Source: a virus | Taxonomy: Duplodnaviria > Caudoviricetes | Direction: 5' to 3' (one strand) | DNA length: 59,795 nt | Virus record (IMG/VR): IMGVR_UViG_3300047548_000345 | Span: 1 to 59,795 of that record | Shown: positions 1 through 8,395 of the stretch, piece by piece | Layout: every line of letters starts with the position of its first letter | Numbering within the stretch: the first letter of the stretch is position 1 | The notes under the pieces: generated by a model | Told to the model about the DNA's origin: nothing | Databases searched by the model: none | The model's input: only the letters and a program-made list of their open reading frames with translations | Program-made: the position numbers and the translations under genes

Positions 1-430
1 CATCTGGATCACGCTCACCGGCTGATACGACAGTCCACTTGTCAAATGAATAGTGTTTCTTAGGATCAAAGTTAGGGTCTTTACGATCCTTGATATACTT
101 GCCTATAGAGGTCTTAAATTCTTGAACACGGTCAGAACCGACAACCATCGTAACATCACGATAGCCTTCATCAGACAATATCTTAGCCACATGAAATGCT
201 GTATGTGCATTAGGATCATCCATGACATTAGCATTAGGGAAAAGTTGTCTGAGAAAAGACACTTTTTCTTTGTATGGGATTGGATTCTTGCTGGTATCAA
301 ATGACTTTGAGGTATAGATACGGTTCTCGGCACCCGTTTCTTTGGCATAATCAATAACTTTATTGATTAGTTTGGCATGACCGATGGTAGGAGGCGTAAA
401 TCTACCAAATGTGAAGACAATTTTTTTCAT
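1..430 (-). CDS. HxGH nucleotidyltransferase (cytidylyltransferase/NMNAT-like), runs off window
   Basis: Manual translation from ATG 430: MKKIVFTFGRFTPPTIGHAKL...KNPIPY...VVGSDRV...VVSAGERDPD; absent from ORF track because truncated. Confidence 0.85.
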   Translation of the reverse strand, partial: MKKIVFTFGRFTPPTIGHAKLINKVIDYAKETGAENRIYTSKSFDTSKNPIPYKEKVSFLRQLFPNANVMDDPNAHTAFHVAKILSDEGYRDVTMVVGSDRVQEFKTSIGKYIKDRKDPNFDPKKHYSFDKWTVVSAGERDPD

Positions 431-465
431 TCTTCCCTCTACAGGAATGGTTTTTATAATGTTAT

Positions 466-1494
466 TTAGTAAATCTCTCTATTACGAGCTTCTCTGATCA
501 CATTTTTGACACATTCTGTTAGTGCAGAAACATTTTTATAGTATGTATTTTCAAAAGACTTAGCTAGTCGCATGAGTTCTAATATAGGTAGGTCTACACG
601 GATAACTTCAATCTTTCTGCCTTGATTGAAGTGCGCTAGCCAACGATGGTGACCATCTAGCACATAATTATCGTTAGATATGACAATACCAGACTTTACC
701 TGTTTAGGTTCAGTCATGATTGACATGATCTTTTTCTTATCAAATTCAGACTGGCTTGATCTAAGTTTATGTGGGTCTATGAGTTCTTTATGAAACTCAA
801 CCTTATGCTTTTTAAGATTTTTAAGAAAATCACCTAGAGGTCCTAACTGAGGCATCATTTCTCTAGAGAATGTTAGACCTGGTGCAGGTAATTTAATGTC
901 TAGTGGTTCAAAGTTTTCAGTAATTGTCTTACCGTCAGTTTTTTTGACTACTTTGAATATTTTTTTGATATGGATATCATCGGCGTCATAAGCTAGATAA
1001 ACATCGTGCTTGGTAGCCGTATTCATATTCAAACCGCCATTATAGCGAAGACCATCATAGCCTAGTGAGATAAGTTTCTGTCTAGCCTTGGCAGTGTTGA
1101 CCATACCTCTTGACAGACCTTTGAAAACTTGGTCACCAGTCAGTTCATAGTCACCGTCTTTAAGTTTTCCTATAACAACAAATCTGTCAGTGCCCATCTT
1201 CATCAGACCAGCACCACGGGCAAAGTCTTCTGCTTCTTTAGGATCAAAAAACTTAGTCAGTTCTTTACCCGTGAATTTGCTATCAACATCAAAAATCTTC
1301 TTGAGGTTCAGTTCGACCTCATAGATATAACGCTCACCACCTTTTGATTTGACCATAGAGTTAGCATACGTCTTAGCAATATCTTTGTTTGAGGTAAAGT
1401 AAGCAACACCGCCGCCATAGAAATCGTTTATAATTCTAGCTTTGCCTTGGTCAAATTTACCAAACTTTGCGTTTGAGCCGTGATATGCAATCAT
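466..1494 (-). CDS. ADP-ribosyltransferase-like (ART-PolyVal type) domain fused to ParB/Srx-like domain
   Basis: N-term YHGS..F..F, GGGVAYFTS, A..YA, GYDG; C-term IVISNDNYVLDGHHRW. Confidence 0.65.
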   Translation of the reverse strand: MIAYHGSNAKFGKFDQGKARIINDFYGGGVAYFTSNKDIAKTYANSMVKSKGGERYIYEVELNLKKIFDVDSKFTGKELTKFFDPKEAEDFARGAGLMKMGTDRFVVIGKLKDGDYELTGDQVFKGLSRGMVNTAKARQKLISLGYDGLRYNGGLNMNTATKHDVYLAYDADDIHIKKIFKVVKKTDGKTITENFEPLDIKLPAPGLTFSREMMPQLGPLGDFLKNLKKHKVEFHKELIDPHKLRSSQSEFDKKKIMSIMTEPKQVKSGIVISNDNYVLDGHHRWLAHFNQGRKIEVIRVDLPILELMRLAKSFENTYYKNVSALTECVKNVIREARNREIY

Positions 1495-2099
1495 TTTCTG
1501 TATCTCTTTGTATTACCTACTTCATCAACAAGATATGCTTCCATCTCAATGTCTGGATATTTCTGACCGATCTTTAGAAGAATGTCTAAGTTACCTTCAT
1601 GGTCATCCCACATGCGGATCTTGTTGAATTTACCTGTCTTGATGTATTTGAGAAGAACAACACCTTTAGTGATATGTGTCTTGGCTGACGGCATAATCTT
1701 TTGTAGATTACCGGCGCGCTCAATATAAACTTTGTCAATAGGAAAACCATGTTCTCTAAACTTCTGCAAGAATGGTTCTTTATCAACAAAATCTGATCGT
1801 GCTGTGATAATAACAGACTTATCATTTTCAGTTTGAGATGCAACCGCACGTTGCGCTCTCTTGATCATATTGTCGATTGGTTTGGCTGTAGTGTGAAAAT
1901 GTTTGCCTGAGCGAAACTGTTGAAAATCATATTCTTCACCAGACTTCAACTTGTAGGTGTTAAACTCACCAGAGCCTAACTCTTTTACAACTTTACCGTC
2001 TTTGACAATCAAGACACGCGAATCCGTTTTGAAAAGAGTATCGTCAATGTCAAAGACATTCAGCGTGCCTTTTTGCTCTTTTCTGCGAACCTTAATCAT
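1491..2099 (-). CDS. HAD-superfamily phosphatase
   Basis: FDIDDTL motif I, IITAR motif II, MWDD motif IV. Confidence 0.75.
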   Translation of the reverse strand: MIKVRRKEQKGTLNVFDIDDTLFKTDSRVLIVKDGKVVKELGSGEFNTYKLKSGEEYDFQQFRSGKHFHTTAKPIDNMIKRAQRAVASQTENDKSVIITARSDFVDKEPFLQKFREHGFPIDKVYIERAGNLQKIMPSAKTHITKGVVLLKYIKTGKFNKIRMWDDHEGNLDILLKIGQKYPDIEMEAYLVDEVGNTKRYRK

Positions 2100-3331
2100 T
2101 TATCCCACGCTTTGGCTGCGTTGAAGTTAGCCTGTGAAAATTCTAGGCGGTCGACCAACTTGACTGCATTACCTTTGAGAACATCAACTGCGACAAAACC
2201 TTCTGGTGCTGTGACTTTGAATCCGTTATCAGTGCGAAGGAATGTGCCTGTCACACCTTTGACTTGCTCTAACTTACGAACAATCGTGTTCTTTGCATCG
2301 ACCAAAATGTTCTGTAAATCGAATATCTTTTTCAATTCATCTTTATTAGCCTTATACCAATTCATGATAATCGTTTTTTCCTTAGAGCGTTTAAGGCGAG
2401 TATCTTCTTTCTTCGCATCAGCAATCGAGGCGTTGAGTTTGCTCTCAACTGCCAGAATAAGTCCCTTAACATGCTCTGCTGTGTTCGTGATCTTCTGCCC
2501 TTCACGGACTTTGAGATTGTTCCATGCTTTGATTTGTATCTTGTAGGTATCATTGGTAGCGATTTCATTGAGTGTCCTTGCCGAAATTGTTCTGAACAAA
2601 TTACCAGCCTGAGACAACAAAGCATTGATAGCCGTTGTTTCTTGCTCTGTGAATGTGGCTGTGCCAGTAGCATCAACAAAAGAAGCATCACGGAACCAAA
2701 CGTCTTTAGTCATAGTCAACTTACCAATATCAACACCAAAAGATGCTTCCATATCTTCTAGTGCAGGTCCAACATATGAAGTATGCCAGACAATTCCCAT
2801 CTTAGCGTTACGAATTTGTTCTGCTAATTTTGAATCAGCAGGCACGGCATAAACAATTGTATTAGGTTGAAATGTGACATATCGTTCACCATCAATAGTT
2901 TCTGTTTTCAAATCTTCTTTGGTAAACATCATGTCGCCTTGAATAACACCTTTGATATTCAACAAAGGTAAATAACGTAGAGCGACTTTGAGTTTCTTGT
3001 TTAGACCTTCACCAGGATGATTACGGTCAATGTCTTGTGGTGTGTAGTTTAGCTTTGCGTTCTTTGCAAATACACCTTTTGTTCCTACAAAGAACTTACC
3101 GTTTTTAGGATTGACACCGGCAAAGATAGCAGGCGCACCGTCCCATTTTGTTGTGAGATTGACTTTTCGTGAAGGTGAATGACCAACTAACATATCTCTA
3201 AGAGACTGTAAGAAATTGATTGCGCCGCGAGTGCCTGCAACTCCGCCGTTCAACACCTCATCTTCAAGGTGTTCTAGGTGAAGGTTTTTACCTTCTTTGG
3301 CTTCGGTGATATATTGATTGAGGTTTATCAT
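2096..3331 (-). CDS. Conserved T4-like phage protein (DUF6267-like), ligase-type nucleotidyltransferase motifs
   Basis: HLEHLED, TTKWDGAP (KxDG), QGDMMF, PEGFV, VKLVDRLEFS. Confidence 0.65.
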   Translation of the reverse strand: MINLNQYITEAKEGKNLHLEHLEDEVLNGGVAGTRGAINFLQSLRDMLVGHSPSRKVNLTTKWDGAPAIFAGVNPKNGKFFVGTKGVFAKNAKLNYTPQDIDRNHPGEGLNKKLKVALRYLPLLNIKGVIQGDMMFTKEDLKTETIDGERYVTFQPNTIVYAVPADSKLAEQIRNAKMGIVWHTSYVGPALEDMEASFGVDIGKLTMTKDVWFRDASFVDATGTATFTEQETTAINALLSQAGNLFRTISARTLNEIATNDTYKIQIKAWNNLKVREGQKITNTAEHVKGLILAVESKLNASIADAKKEDTRLKRSKEKTIIMNWYKANKDELKKIFDLQNILVDAKNTIVRKLEQVKGVTGTFLRTDNGFKVTAPEGFVAVDVLKGNAVKLVDRLEFSQANFNAAKAWDK

Positions 3332-4119
3332 ATATTTCCTCTAGTCTCTATTCTAAATGCAATGCTTGTGATGCCGCCGCGACTTTTTGATCTAATATCA
3401 AGTTTAACTTTTGACTTAACTTTTGAAACATAAGAATCATCTATCTTATAAAATCCTGCTGGTGATAGTATATAATTTGCCGCAGCATTTTTAAATCTAG
3501 CAAGTGTTCTTTGTCCTGTCAACGCTTCTCTAATCATCTCTGAATAAAATTCTGGATTCTTACTGATAAATGTGCTAATGTCTTGCATAAGTTTAGGTTT
3601 AATTTGCGACAACCAGTTTTCAGCGTTTTTCTCTTTTAGAATTTTACCTGCTTTTGTAAATTCTTTCAAAACCTTAGGATTAGCATCTTCTAATATCCTA
3701 TCTAGATTTTGAGGAGCTAACAATCGTGTAGGCATATCTTCAATAACTTTGGCTAGACTTTCAACTTCTGATAGTTTCTTCTTATCTGTAAATACAGCTT
3801 TTGCCGTTTCTCTGAATAATTCAGCGGTTGACCTTCCTTGACCAGAAGCAAGTTGAACGCCGCCTTCCATCTTTACAGATACGAAATACTTTTGACCTCT
3901 CGCCTCAACAACTATGTCTGTTTTAGGTTCAGGAGATGCCGAGATACCCATCTCATCAGAGTGAAAGATTTTATATTTTTTACCAACTTTAGCTTCTATA
4001 TGGCCAAGTGCTTTCTTTGCTTGTGTCAATATATTATTTGAGTATTTTCTAGTTAACTTTTCTTTTCTTCCTAGTTGGACTATTGCCCATTCAAGATCAA
4101 CACCTTCAGACGCAGCCAT
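3328..4119 (-). CDS. PD-(D/E)xK-type nuclease-like protein
   Basis: PKTDI...SVK spacing; start placed at ATG 4119 after AGGAG and a late promoter. Confidence 0.5.
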   Translation of the reverse strand: MAASEGVDLEWAIVQLGRKEKLTRKYSNNILTQAKKALGHIEAKVGKKYKIFHSDEMGISASPEPKTDIVVEARGQKYFVSVKMEGGVQLASGQGRSTAELFRETAKAVFTDKKKLSEVESLAKVIEDMPTRLLAPQNLDRILEDANPKVLKEFTKAGKILKEKNAENWLSQIKPKLMQDISTFISKNPEFYSEMIREALTGQRTLARFKNAAANYILSPAGFYKIDDSYVSKVKSKVKLDIRSKSRGGITSIAFRIETRGNI

Positions 4120-4154
4120 ATATAAACTCCTTTTTCTTGTATTTAGCATATAAG

Positions 4155-4176
4155 AAAAAAGCCCTCCGAAGAGAGC
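4155..4176 (-). terminator. Rho-independent terminator
   Basis: GCTCTC-TTCG-GAGGGC-TTTTTT. Confidence 0.8.
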
Positions 4177-4177
4177 T

Positions 4178-4597
4178 TTAGGCTGCTTGCGATTTGATTT
4201 TGATGATATGCCGACAAGACTTTCGATATTGAAAACCAAGACAATCACAAGAGTAGTGATTACCGTCTCTTGTCACCGTGTAGAACCCACCTTTACGACT
4301 ATCCGATTTGACCTGCCAGGCTGAAATTGTGATAATTTTCTGCGTATGGGTTTCACCTTTAGACCCATCCTCGTAGATGATCTCCTTGACATGATCCAAA
4401 GGGACAACAGAGAAAGGGAAACTGCGATCACCAGTGGCAAGACGAAAAGTATCTGGATCATCATAGTGTTCGCTCCTGGTCACCACACCAGACTTGGTGG
4501 TAGTGGTCGATAGATTAGATGAGAAGCCCTTACGATCATATTCTGTGACGACCGTAAGACGTTTTCCGATAGCTGGTTTAGAGAACTTTTTTGTCAT
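4178..4597 (-). CDS. SWIM zinc-finger protein
   Basis: YTV...YSCDCLGFQYRKSCRH (CxC..CxH). Confidence 0.7.
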   Translation of the reverse strand: MTKKFSKPAIGKRLTVVTEYDRKGFSSNLSTTTTKSGVVTRSEHYDDPDTFRLATGDRSFPFSVVPLDHVKEIIYEDGSKGETHTQKIITISAWQVKSDSRKGGFYTVTRDGNHYSCDCLGFQYRKSCRHIIKIKSQAA

Positions 4598-4603
4598 GGT
4601 AGT

Positions 4604-4632
4604 ATTATAGGACAACCAGCAAGGAATGGCAA
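4604..4632 (-). promoter_or_regulatory. sigma70-type early promoter
   Basis: TTGCCA-17-TATAAT. Confidence 0.65.
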
Positions 4633-4636
4633 CCAT

Positions 4637-4663
4637 AAAAAAGGCGCCCCAGAGGACGCCTTT
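4637..4663 (-). terminator. Rho-independent terminator
   Basis: GGCGTCC..GGGCGCC followed by T6. Confidence 0.7.
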
Positions 4664-4693
4664 ACGTTACGTTAGGTCAGTATTGTTGACCTA

Positions 4694-5164
4694 TTAGCCA
4701 GCAGCGCCGGCACCAGCCTTTTGACCAGCGAGAGACTTGAGCATCCAAGCATGTTTAGCAAGTGCTGTCAAACGGTCTTGAAGAAAATTAGAGAAAGCAA
4801 ATTCTTTTTCTTCTTCTGCCATTTCATAGGCTTCTGTCATGCACTTCATAACAGCTTCGTTAGCAGCTAGAAGATTTGTGACCATCTTAGCAGCAACAGG
4901 AATCTTTGCATCTTCTCCAACGTCTTTGCCCAACTCAACCATGCGTGTGAGTGTGCCTGGTGCAAATGAATCGATAGCACGAATCTGTTCTGCAATATCA
5001 TCGATAGAACCATGAAGTTCGTTATAAAGATCACCGAAGAAATCGTGCAACTGAGGGAAGTCAGAACCGATTACGTTCCAGTGATAGCCATGAGCCTTCA
5101 TATAATATACGAAGGTATTACCGAGGCATTCTTTTGCCTTTTGAACGAGTTGTGCAGATGCCAT
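4694..5164 (-). CDS. dps: Dps/ferritin-like protein
   Basis: HGYHWNVIG, LHDFF, IDDIAEQIRA, KHAWML. Confidence 0.9.
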   Translation of the reverse strand: MASAQLVQKAKECLGNTFVYYMKAHGYHWNVIGSDFPQLHDFFGDLYNELHGSIDDIAEQIRAIDSFAPGTLTRMVELGKDVGEDAKIPVAAKMVTNLLAANEAVMKCMTEAYEMAEEEKEFAFSNFLQDRLTALAKHAWMLKSLAGQKAGAGAAG

Positions 5165-5165
5165 T

Positions 5166-5387
5166 TTATTTGTTCTCCTCAGACATATCTACTTCATCTA
5201 TATTTATAGGTCCCCATTTTCCAATGGGACAATCGACATAAGGTAAAAGACTTTTGAACTCCATGAAGCAACCACATTTATGGCACTTCATTCTAGACTG
5301 ATCTAGGTGTTCGCATGTTCTACAGATTGCTAGTCTCTGTTCTGAGATTTTATGTCTTCTAGTCCATATTGTATCAAGTATGACCAT
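5166..5387 (-). CDS. Small Cys-rich metal-binding protein
   Basis: RLAICRTC..CHKCGCFM..K..CPIGKW. Confidence 0.65.
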   Translation of the reverse strand: MVILDTIWTRRHKISEQRLAICRTCEHLDQSRMKCHKCGCFMEFKSLLPYVDCPIGKWGPINIDEVDMSEENK

Positions 5388-5395
5388 ATTATTTT

Positions 5396-5487
5396 TGGCG
5401 GAGGGTGTGGGATTCGAACCCACGGTGAAGATTTCTCCCCACGCTCATTTAGCAAACGAGTGCTTTAAGCCTCTCAGCCAACCCTCC
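5396..5487 (-). tRNA. tRNA-Ser(GCT)
   Basis: Cloverleaf, long variable arm, loop TTGCTAA, encoded CCA. Confidence 0.95.
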
Positions 5488-5961
5488 TTAAGCTGCTAGA
5501 ATACCTTTTAATCTGTCGGCTGCATATGATGCTGCGAAGGCGTCTGGTTTGACCATTGGGACGACATTGCAGGTGCCTCTGATGTATCCGATGGCTTGCT
5601 GCACAACGCAAGAAGACCCGTGAACAATATCAGGATTAATATCAAGATGAACTTCACAGTGACGATTTCCGATAGCGTCGGCAAGGTCGAGATACATTTG
5701 TGCAGCACGGTAAACCTCGTTCATTAGCCTTAGGGCTGGGCGATCATGACGGTTATCGTAGTCGCGCTCTGTAGAAACATCACCAAAAACTTTGCAACCT
5801 TTGTTACCGTCATAGTGAACAACGATTGCAACAGTATAACTGGCACACCACTTATCTTCTTTGTCACGGTATCTCTCAGAGTCCGCACCAATATAAACAC
5901 AAGTGGTATCAGAAGTATTTCTAATAAAATCTCTCACTTCATCAATATTAAACTTACGCAT
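5488..5961 (-). CDS. RNase H-like YkuK family protein
   Basis: YIGADS, RLMNEV, EVHLDIN, KPDAFAASYAAD. Confidence 0.8.
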   Translation of the reverse strand: MRKFNIDEVRDFIRNTSDTTCVYIGADSERYRDKEDKWCASYTVAIVVHYDGNKGCKVFGDVSTERDYDNRHDRPALRLMNEVYRAAQMYLDLADAIGNRHCEVHLDINPDIVHGSSCVVQQAIGYIRGTCNVVPMVKPDAFAASYAADRLKGILAA

Positions 5962-5973
5962 ATTATATTCCAA

Positions 5974-6198
5974 TTATCGTAATGAAGACTCGAACTCCAT
6001 GATTGCTTCAACATCATTAGTATTTAATTCAGTAAACCGATCAGCCAGTTTTTGTAATGGCTCTCTTGTCTTTATATAGGGCTTTAGGAAGTGTGGTGGG
6101 TGATAAACAACGTAACCATCTTTATTGATGATTACGAGGTTACCGTTTCTCTTAGATACCGAATAAGTCTGAGTGACCTCAGCAACCTTTTCTTTTGG
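5974..6198 (-). CDS. Hypothetical protein, start uncertain
   Basis: Open frame fills the gap, but there is no clear start codon outside the upstream gene. Confidence 0.3.
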   Translation of the reverse strand, partial: PKEKVAEVTQTYSVSKRNGNLVIINKDGYVVYHPPHFLKPYIKTREPLQKLADRFTELNTNDVEAIMEFESSLR

Positions 6199-6199
6199 C

Positions 6200-6430
6200 T
6201 TAGTAAGGCCAGTTATAATATCCGTAAGGGCGATAGTATCTGTAATAAGTTGGTCCCACAACAACAGATGGCGGTGCAACCAAAACTGGGGGTCGTATAA
6301 TGACTGGACTTGGAACATAGACAGGTGCTGCGACTGGCGCGACCATGGGTTCCACATAGGTTGGACTAGGCACATAATAGGTGCATCCTGCTAGTGTTAG
6401 CGATAATAGTAATAAAGCAATTTTTCTCAT
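6200..6430 (-). CDS. Small Pro/Tyr-rich lipoprotein
   Basis: MRKIALLLLSLTLAGC lipobox. Confidence 0.6.
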   Translation of the reverse strand: MRKIALLLLSLTLAGCTYYVPSPTYVEPMVAPVAAPVYVPSPVIIRPPVLVAPPSVVVGPTYYRYYRPYGYYNWPY

Positions 6431-6448
6431 ACTATTATATAGGATATT

Positions 6449-6525
6449 TGGTGCCTCTGGAGGGATTCGAACCCACAACCCCTTGATTCTAAGTCAAGTA
6501 TCTCTACCAGTTGGACTACAGAGGC
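6449..6525 (-). tRNA. tRNA-Leu(TAG), short variable loop
   Basis: Loop CTTAGAA, A73, CCA. Confidence 0.85.
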
Positions 6526-6716
6526 CTATTAGCTGTTATGTTTCTTTGTGCCCTAATGTCTTTATTATTCCAAGACCAGCACTCACCAGTTTCATCTTGA
6601 AAGCAAACCCAAACCAAGTCTTGTTCAAAGCCATAGTCAATTAGAAAGTGAGCCTGTGCTTTGCCTTTTGGAGTGTTTACGGGTATAGGTGGATCGATAC
6701 GAACTATATCAGCCAT
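6516..6716 (-). CDS. Hypothetical phage protein
   Basis: ORF track; PPIPVNTPKG..AHFLIDYG..LVWV. Confidence 0.6.
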   Translation of the reverse strand: MADIVRIDPPIPVNTPKGKAQAHFLIDYGFEQDLVWVCFQDETGECWSWNNKDIRAQRNITANRPL

Positions 6717-6819
6717 AGAAGAAGTGTATGATAATGACGAAAATGATGCACAGTAATGGCATCCAACTTATCAGACCAATCGTAAAAAACCAATCTCTAA
6801 ATTCTTCTTTCGTCATCAT
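6709..6819 (-). CDS. Small membrane peptide
   Basis: Manual: MMTKEEFRDWFFTIGLISWMPLLCIIFVIIHFFYG. Confidence 0.4.
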   Translation of the reverse strand: MMTKEEFRDWFFTIGLISWMPLLCIIFVIIIHFFYG

Positions 6820-6828
6820 TATAATCCT

Positions 6829-6903
6829 TGGTGGGCGATGAGAGGTTCGAACTCCCGACCCGCTGCGTGTAAAGCAGCCGCTCTTCCACTGAGCTAATCG
6901 CCC
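6829..6903 (-). tRNA. tRNA-Val(TAC)
   Basis: Cloverleaf, loop TTTACAC, CCA. Confidence 0.95.
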
Positions 6904-6909
6904 TATTTC

Positions 6910-6985
6910 TGGTGGACTCGGACGGGATCGAACCGACGACCTATAGCTTGCAAAGCTACCGCTCTCCCAACTGAGCTACGAGCCC
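6910..6985 (-). tRNA. tRNA-Ala(TGC)
   Basis: Cloverleaf, G3-U70, CCA. Confidence 0.95.
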
Positions 6986-7351
6986 TTATGCTTGCCTTGT
7001 CAAATAGTTTGGACGAACATACTTCGCACCAAAATATTCTTTGACTAGAGCAATGACAACTTGATCATCGTATTCTTTGCAAGAGAAAACATCAAGATAC
7101 ATTGCATTACCACCCATGCCATCATCAGGTACAAAGTGGGCACAAATGTTAGAAGTTTCAATCAACTGGACTAGAGTATAACCAGCCTTGTTGCCAGAAC
7201 CGAAATTGATGATTTGCGGTTCGCCATATGCAACCATATCAATATCCTTCACAAGTCTTTTTGTGAAAGCGTAGATTGTATCATAAGATGTGATTGCATC
7301 GTGATTTAATTCAGCGCAATCTAAAAGGAGATGAAACCCCCAATAACTCAT
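6986..7351 (-). CDS. speD: S-adenosylmethionine decarboxylase proenzyme
   Basis: WGFHLLLD, QLIETSNICAHF, YLDVFSCK. Confidence 0.85.
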   Translation of the reverse strand: MSYWGFHLLLDCAELNHDAITSYDTIYAFTKRLVKDIDMVAYGEPQIINFGSGNKAGYTLVQLIETSNICAHFVPDDGMGGNAMYLDVFSCKEYDDQVVIALVKEYFGAKYVRPNYLTRQA

Positions 7352-7375
7352 TTCATGTAAACTCCTTGTTATAGA

Positions 7376-7446
7376 TGGAGCGGAGTCTGGAATTAAACCA
7401 GTCTGGCGAGTGGGAACCCGCTGTGCTATCGTTACACTAAATCCGC
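7376..7446 (-). pseudogene. Degenerate tRNA-Gly-like element
   Basis: GCGGA/TCCGC-T-CCA acceptor, 6-nt anticodon loop TTCCCA, T-loop TTTAATT, 4-bp T stem, no D-loop GG. Confidence 0.55.
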
Positions 7447-7453
7447 AAACTCG

Positions 7454-7618
7454 TTAGTCCTTGAGAAGTTTTGGTGCAGATTCATTGAGTTGAGTCTGTT
7501 GATACTCTGCAAGTTTCTTCTGATATTCTTCATTAGTCAGACTGTGCCAACCAATGCAAGAACCTGTTGGCGATCTACCGCAACCACATGAAGCGGCCTT
7601 CTTTTCTTGTTCAGTCAT
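7454..7618 (-). CDS. CDGSH-type iron-sulfur peptide
   Basis: Manual: MTEQEKKAASCGCGRSPTGSCIGWHSL..., AGGAG upstream. Confidence 0.65.
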   Translation of the reverse strand: MTEQEKKAASCGCGRSPTGSCIGWHSLTNEEYQKKLAEYQQTQLNESAPKLLKD

Positions 7619-7638
7619 CTATTTCACTCCTAAAAAAT

Positions 7639-7726
7639 TGGCGGAGAGGGTGAGATTCGAACTCACGGAACCTTGCGGTTCTCCAGTTTTCAAGACTGGC
7701 GGATTAAACCACTCTCCCACCTCTCC
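7639..7726 (-). tRNA. tRNA-Ser(TGA)
   Basis: Long variable arm, loop CTTGAAA, G73, CCA. Confidence 0.95.
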
Positions 7727-7732
7727 AAACTT

Positions 7733-7861
7733 TTATATCTCGTAAATCCTCGCACCAATATGTGCTAATGGATCTGCAAAGAGAACTGCTTTGTAATAAT
7801 CACTAAATGTTGTCCTGATTGGTCCAATAACAGGATCAGGTATGATAACAACCCATTTCAT
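7733..7861 (-). CDS. Small hypothetical protein
   Basis: MKWVVIIPDP..., GGAG upstream. Confidence 0.45.
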   Translation of the reverse strand: MKWVVIIPDPVIGPIRTTFSDYYKAVLFADPLAHIGARIYEI

Positions 7862-7876
7862 AATAATTCTCCAAAA

Positions 7877-7950
7877 TGGTGCCGGTAAGAAGAATCGAAC
7901 TCCTGTCAGAGGGTTACAAATCCACTGTAATGCCACTATACTATACCGGC
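7877..7950 (-). tRNA. tRNA-Thr(TGT)
   Basis: GCCG/CGGC-A-CCA, loop TTTGTAA; two mismatches in anticodon stem. Confidence 0.8.
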
Positions 7951-7956
7951 GAAACT

Positions 7957-8349
7957 TTAGTAACTTTTACCTTCTCGGTATCTCAAACGTCGGCTATGTC
8001 TACCATTACCAACATTCTTTGCTTTATATGTATCTGTCTGTGAATGGCAGTTTGGACACAGAAGGCATACATTATCTAAACTATTATCGCTAGAGTTTCC
8101 ATTTTTATGCTCTAACTCTAGAACAATAGGTTTGTTGTTGTAACTGTCTATACCACACTCTTCACAAAAGTAACCATTAGTCTCAATTAGATACCGTTTC
8201 ATAGTCTTAGAAGAAGCGGTATTCGTCTTAACTTTAGTAAGCATCTGGTGTTCATGCTGGCACTTATTAGAACAATACTTACCAGCAGTATTTGAGCGTC
8301 TGCAAAAGATTCCGCAGTTTAGACAGTTATATTCTAAAACAATAGGCAT
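7957..8349 (-). mobile_element. HNH homing endonuclease
   Basis: CEECG...LELEHKNGNSSDNSLDNVCLLCPNCH. Confidence 0.85.
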
Positions 8350-8350
8350 C

Positions 8351-8377
8351 GGTCTACTCCTTGGTAGACCTATTTAG
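8351..8377 (-). promoter_or_regulatory. Late promoter plus RBS-sequestering hairpin
   Basis: CTAAATA then GGTCTAC-CAAGGA-GTAGACC covering AGGAG. Confidence 0.75.
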
Positions 8378-8395
8378 TAAACTTCGATGCTCTAC

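Noticed and set aside
5974-6375. Second frameshift fusing the lipoprotein to the downstream frame
   Set aside because: The downstream frame lacks a clear start, but no slippery site or homology evidence supports a fusion
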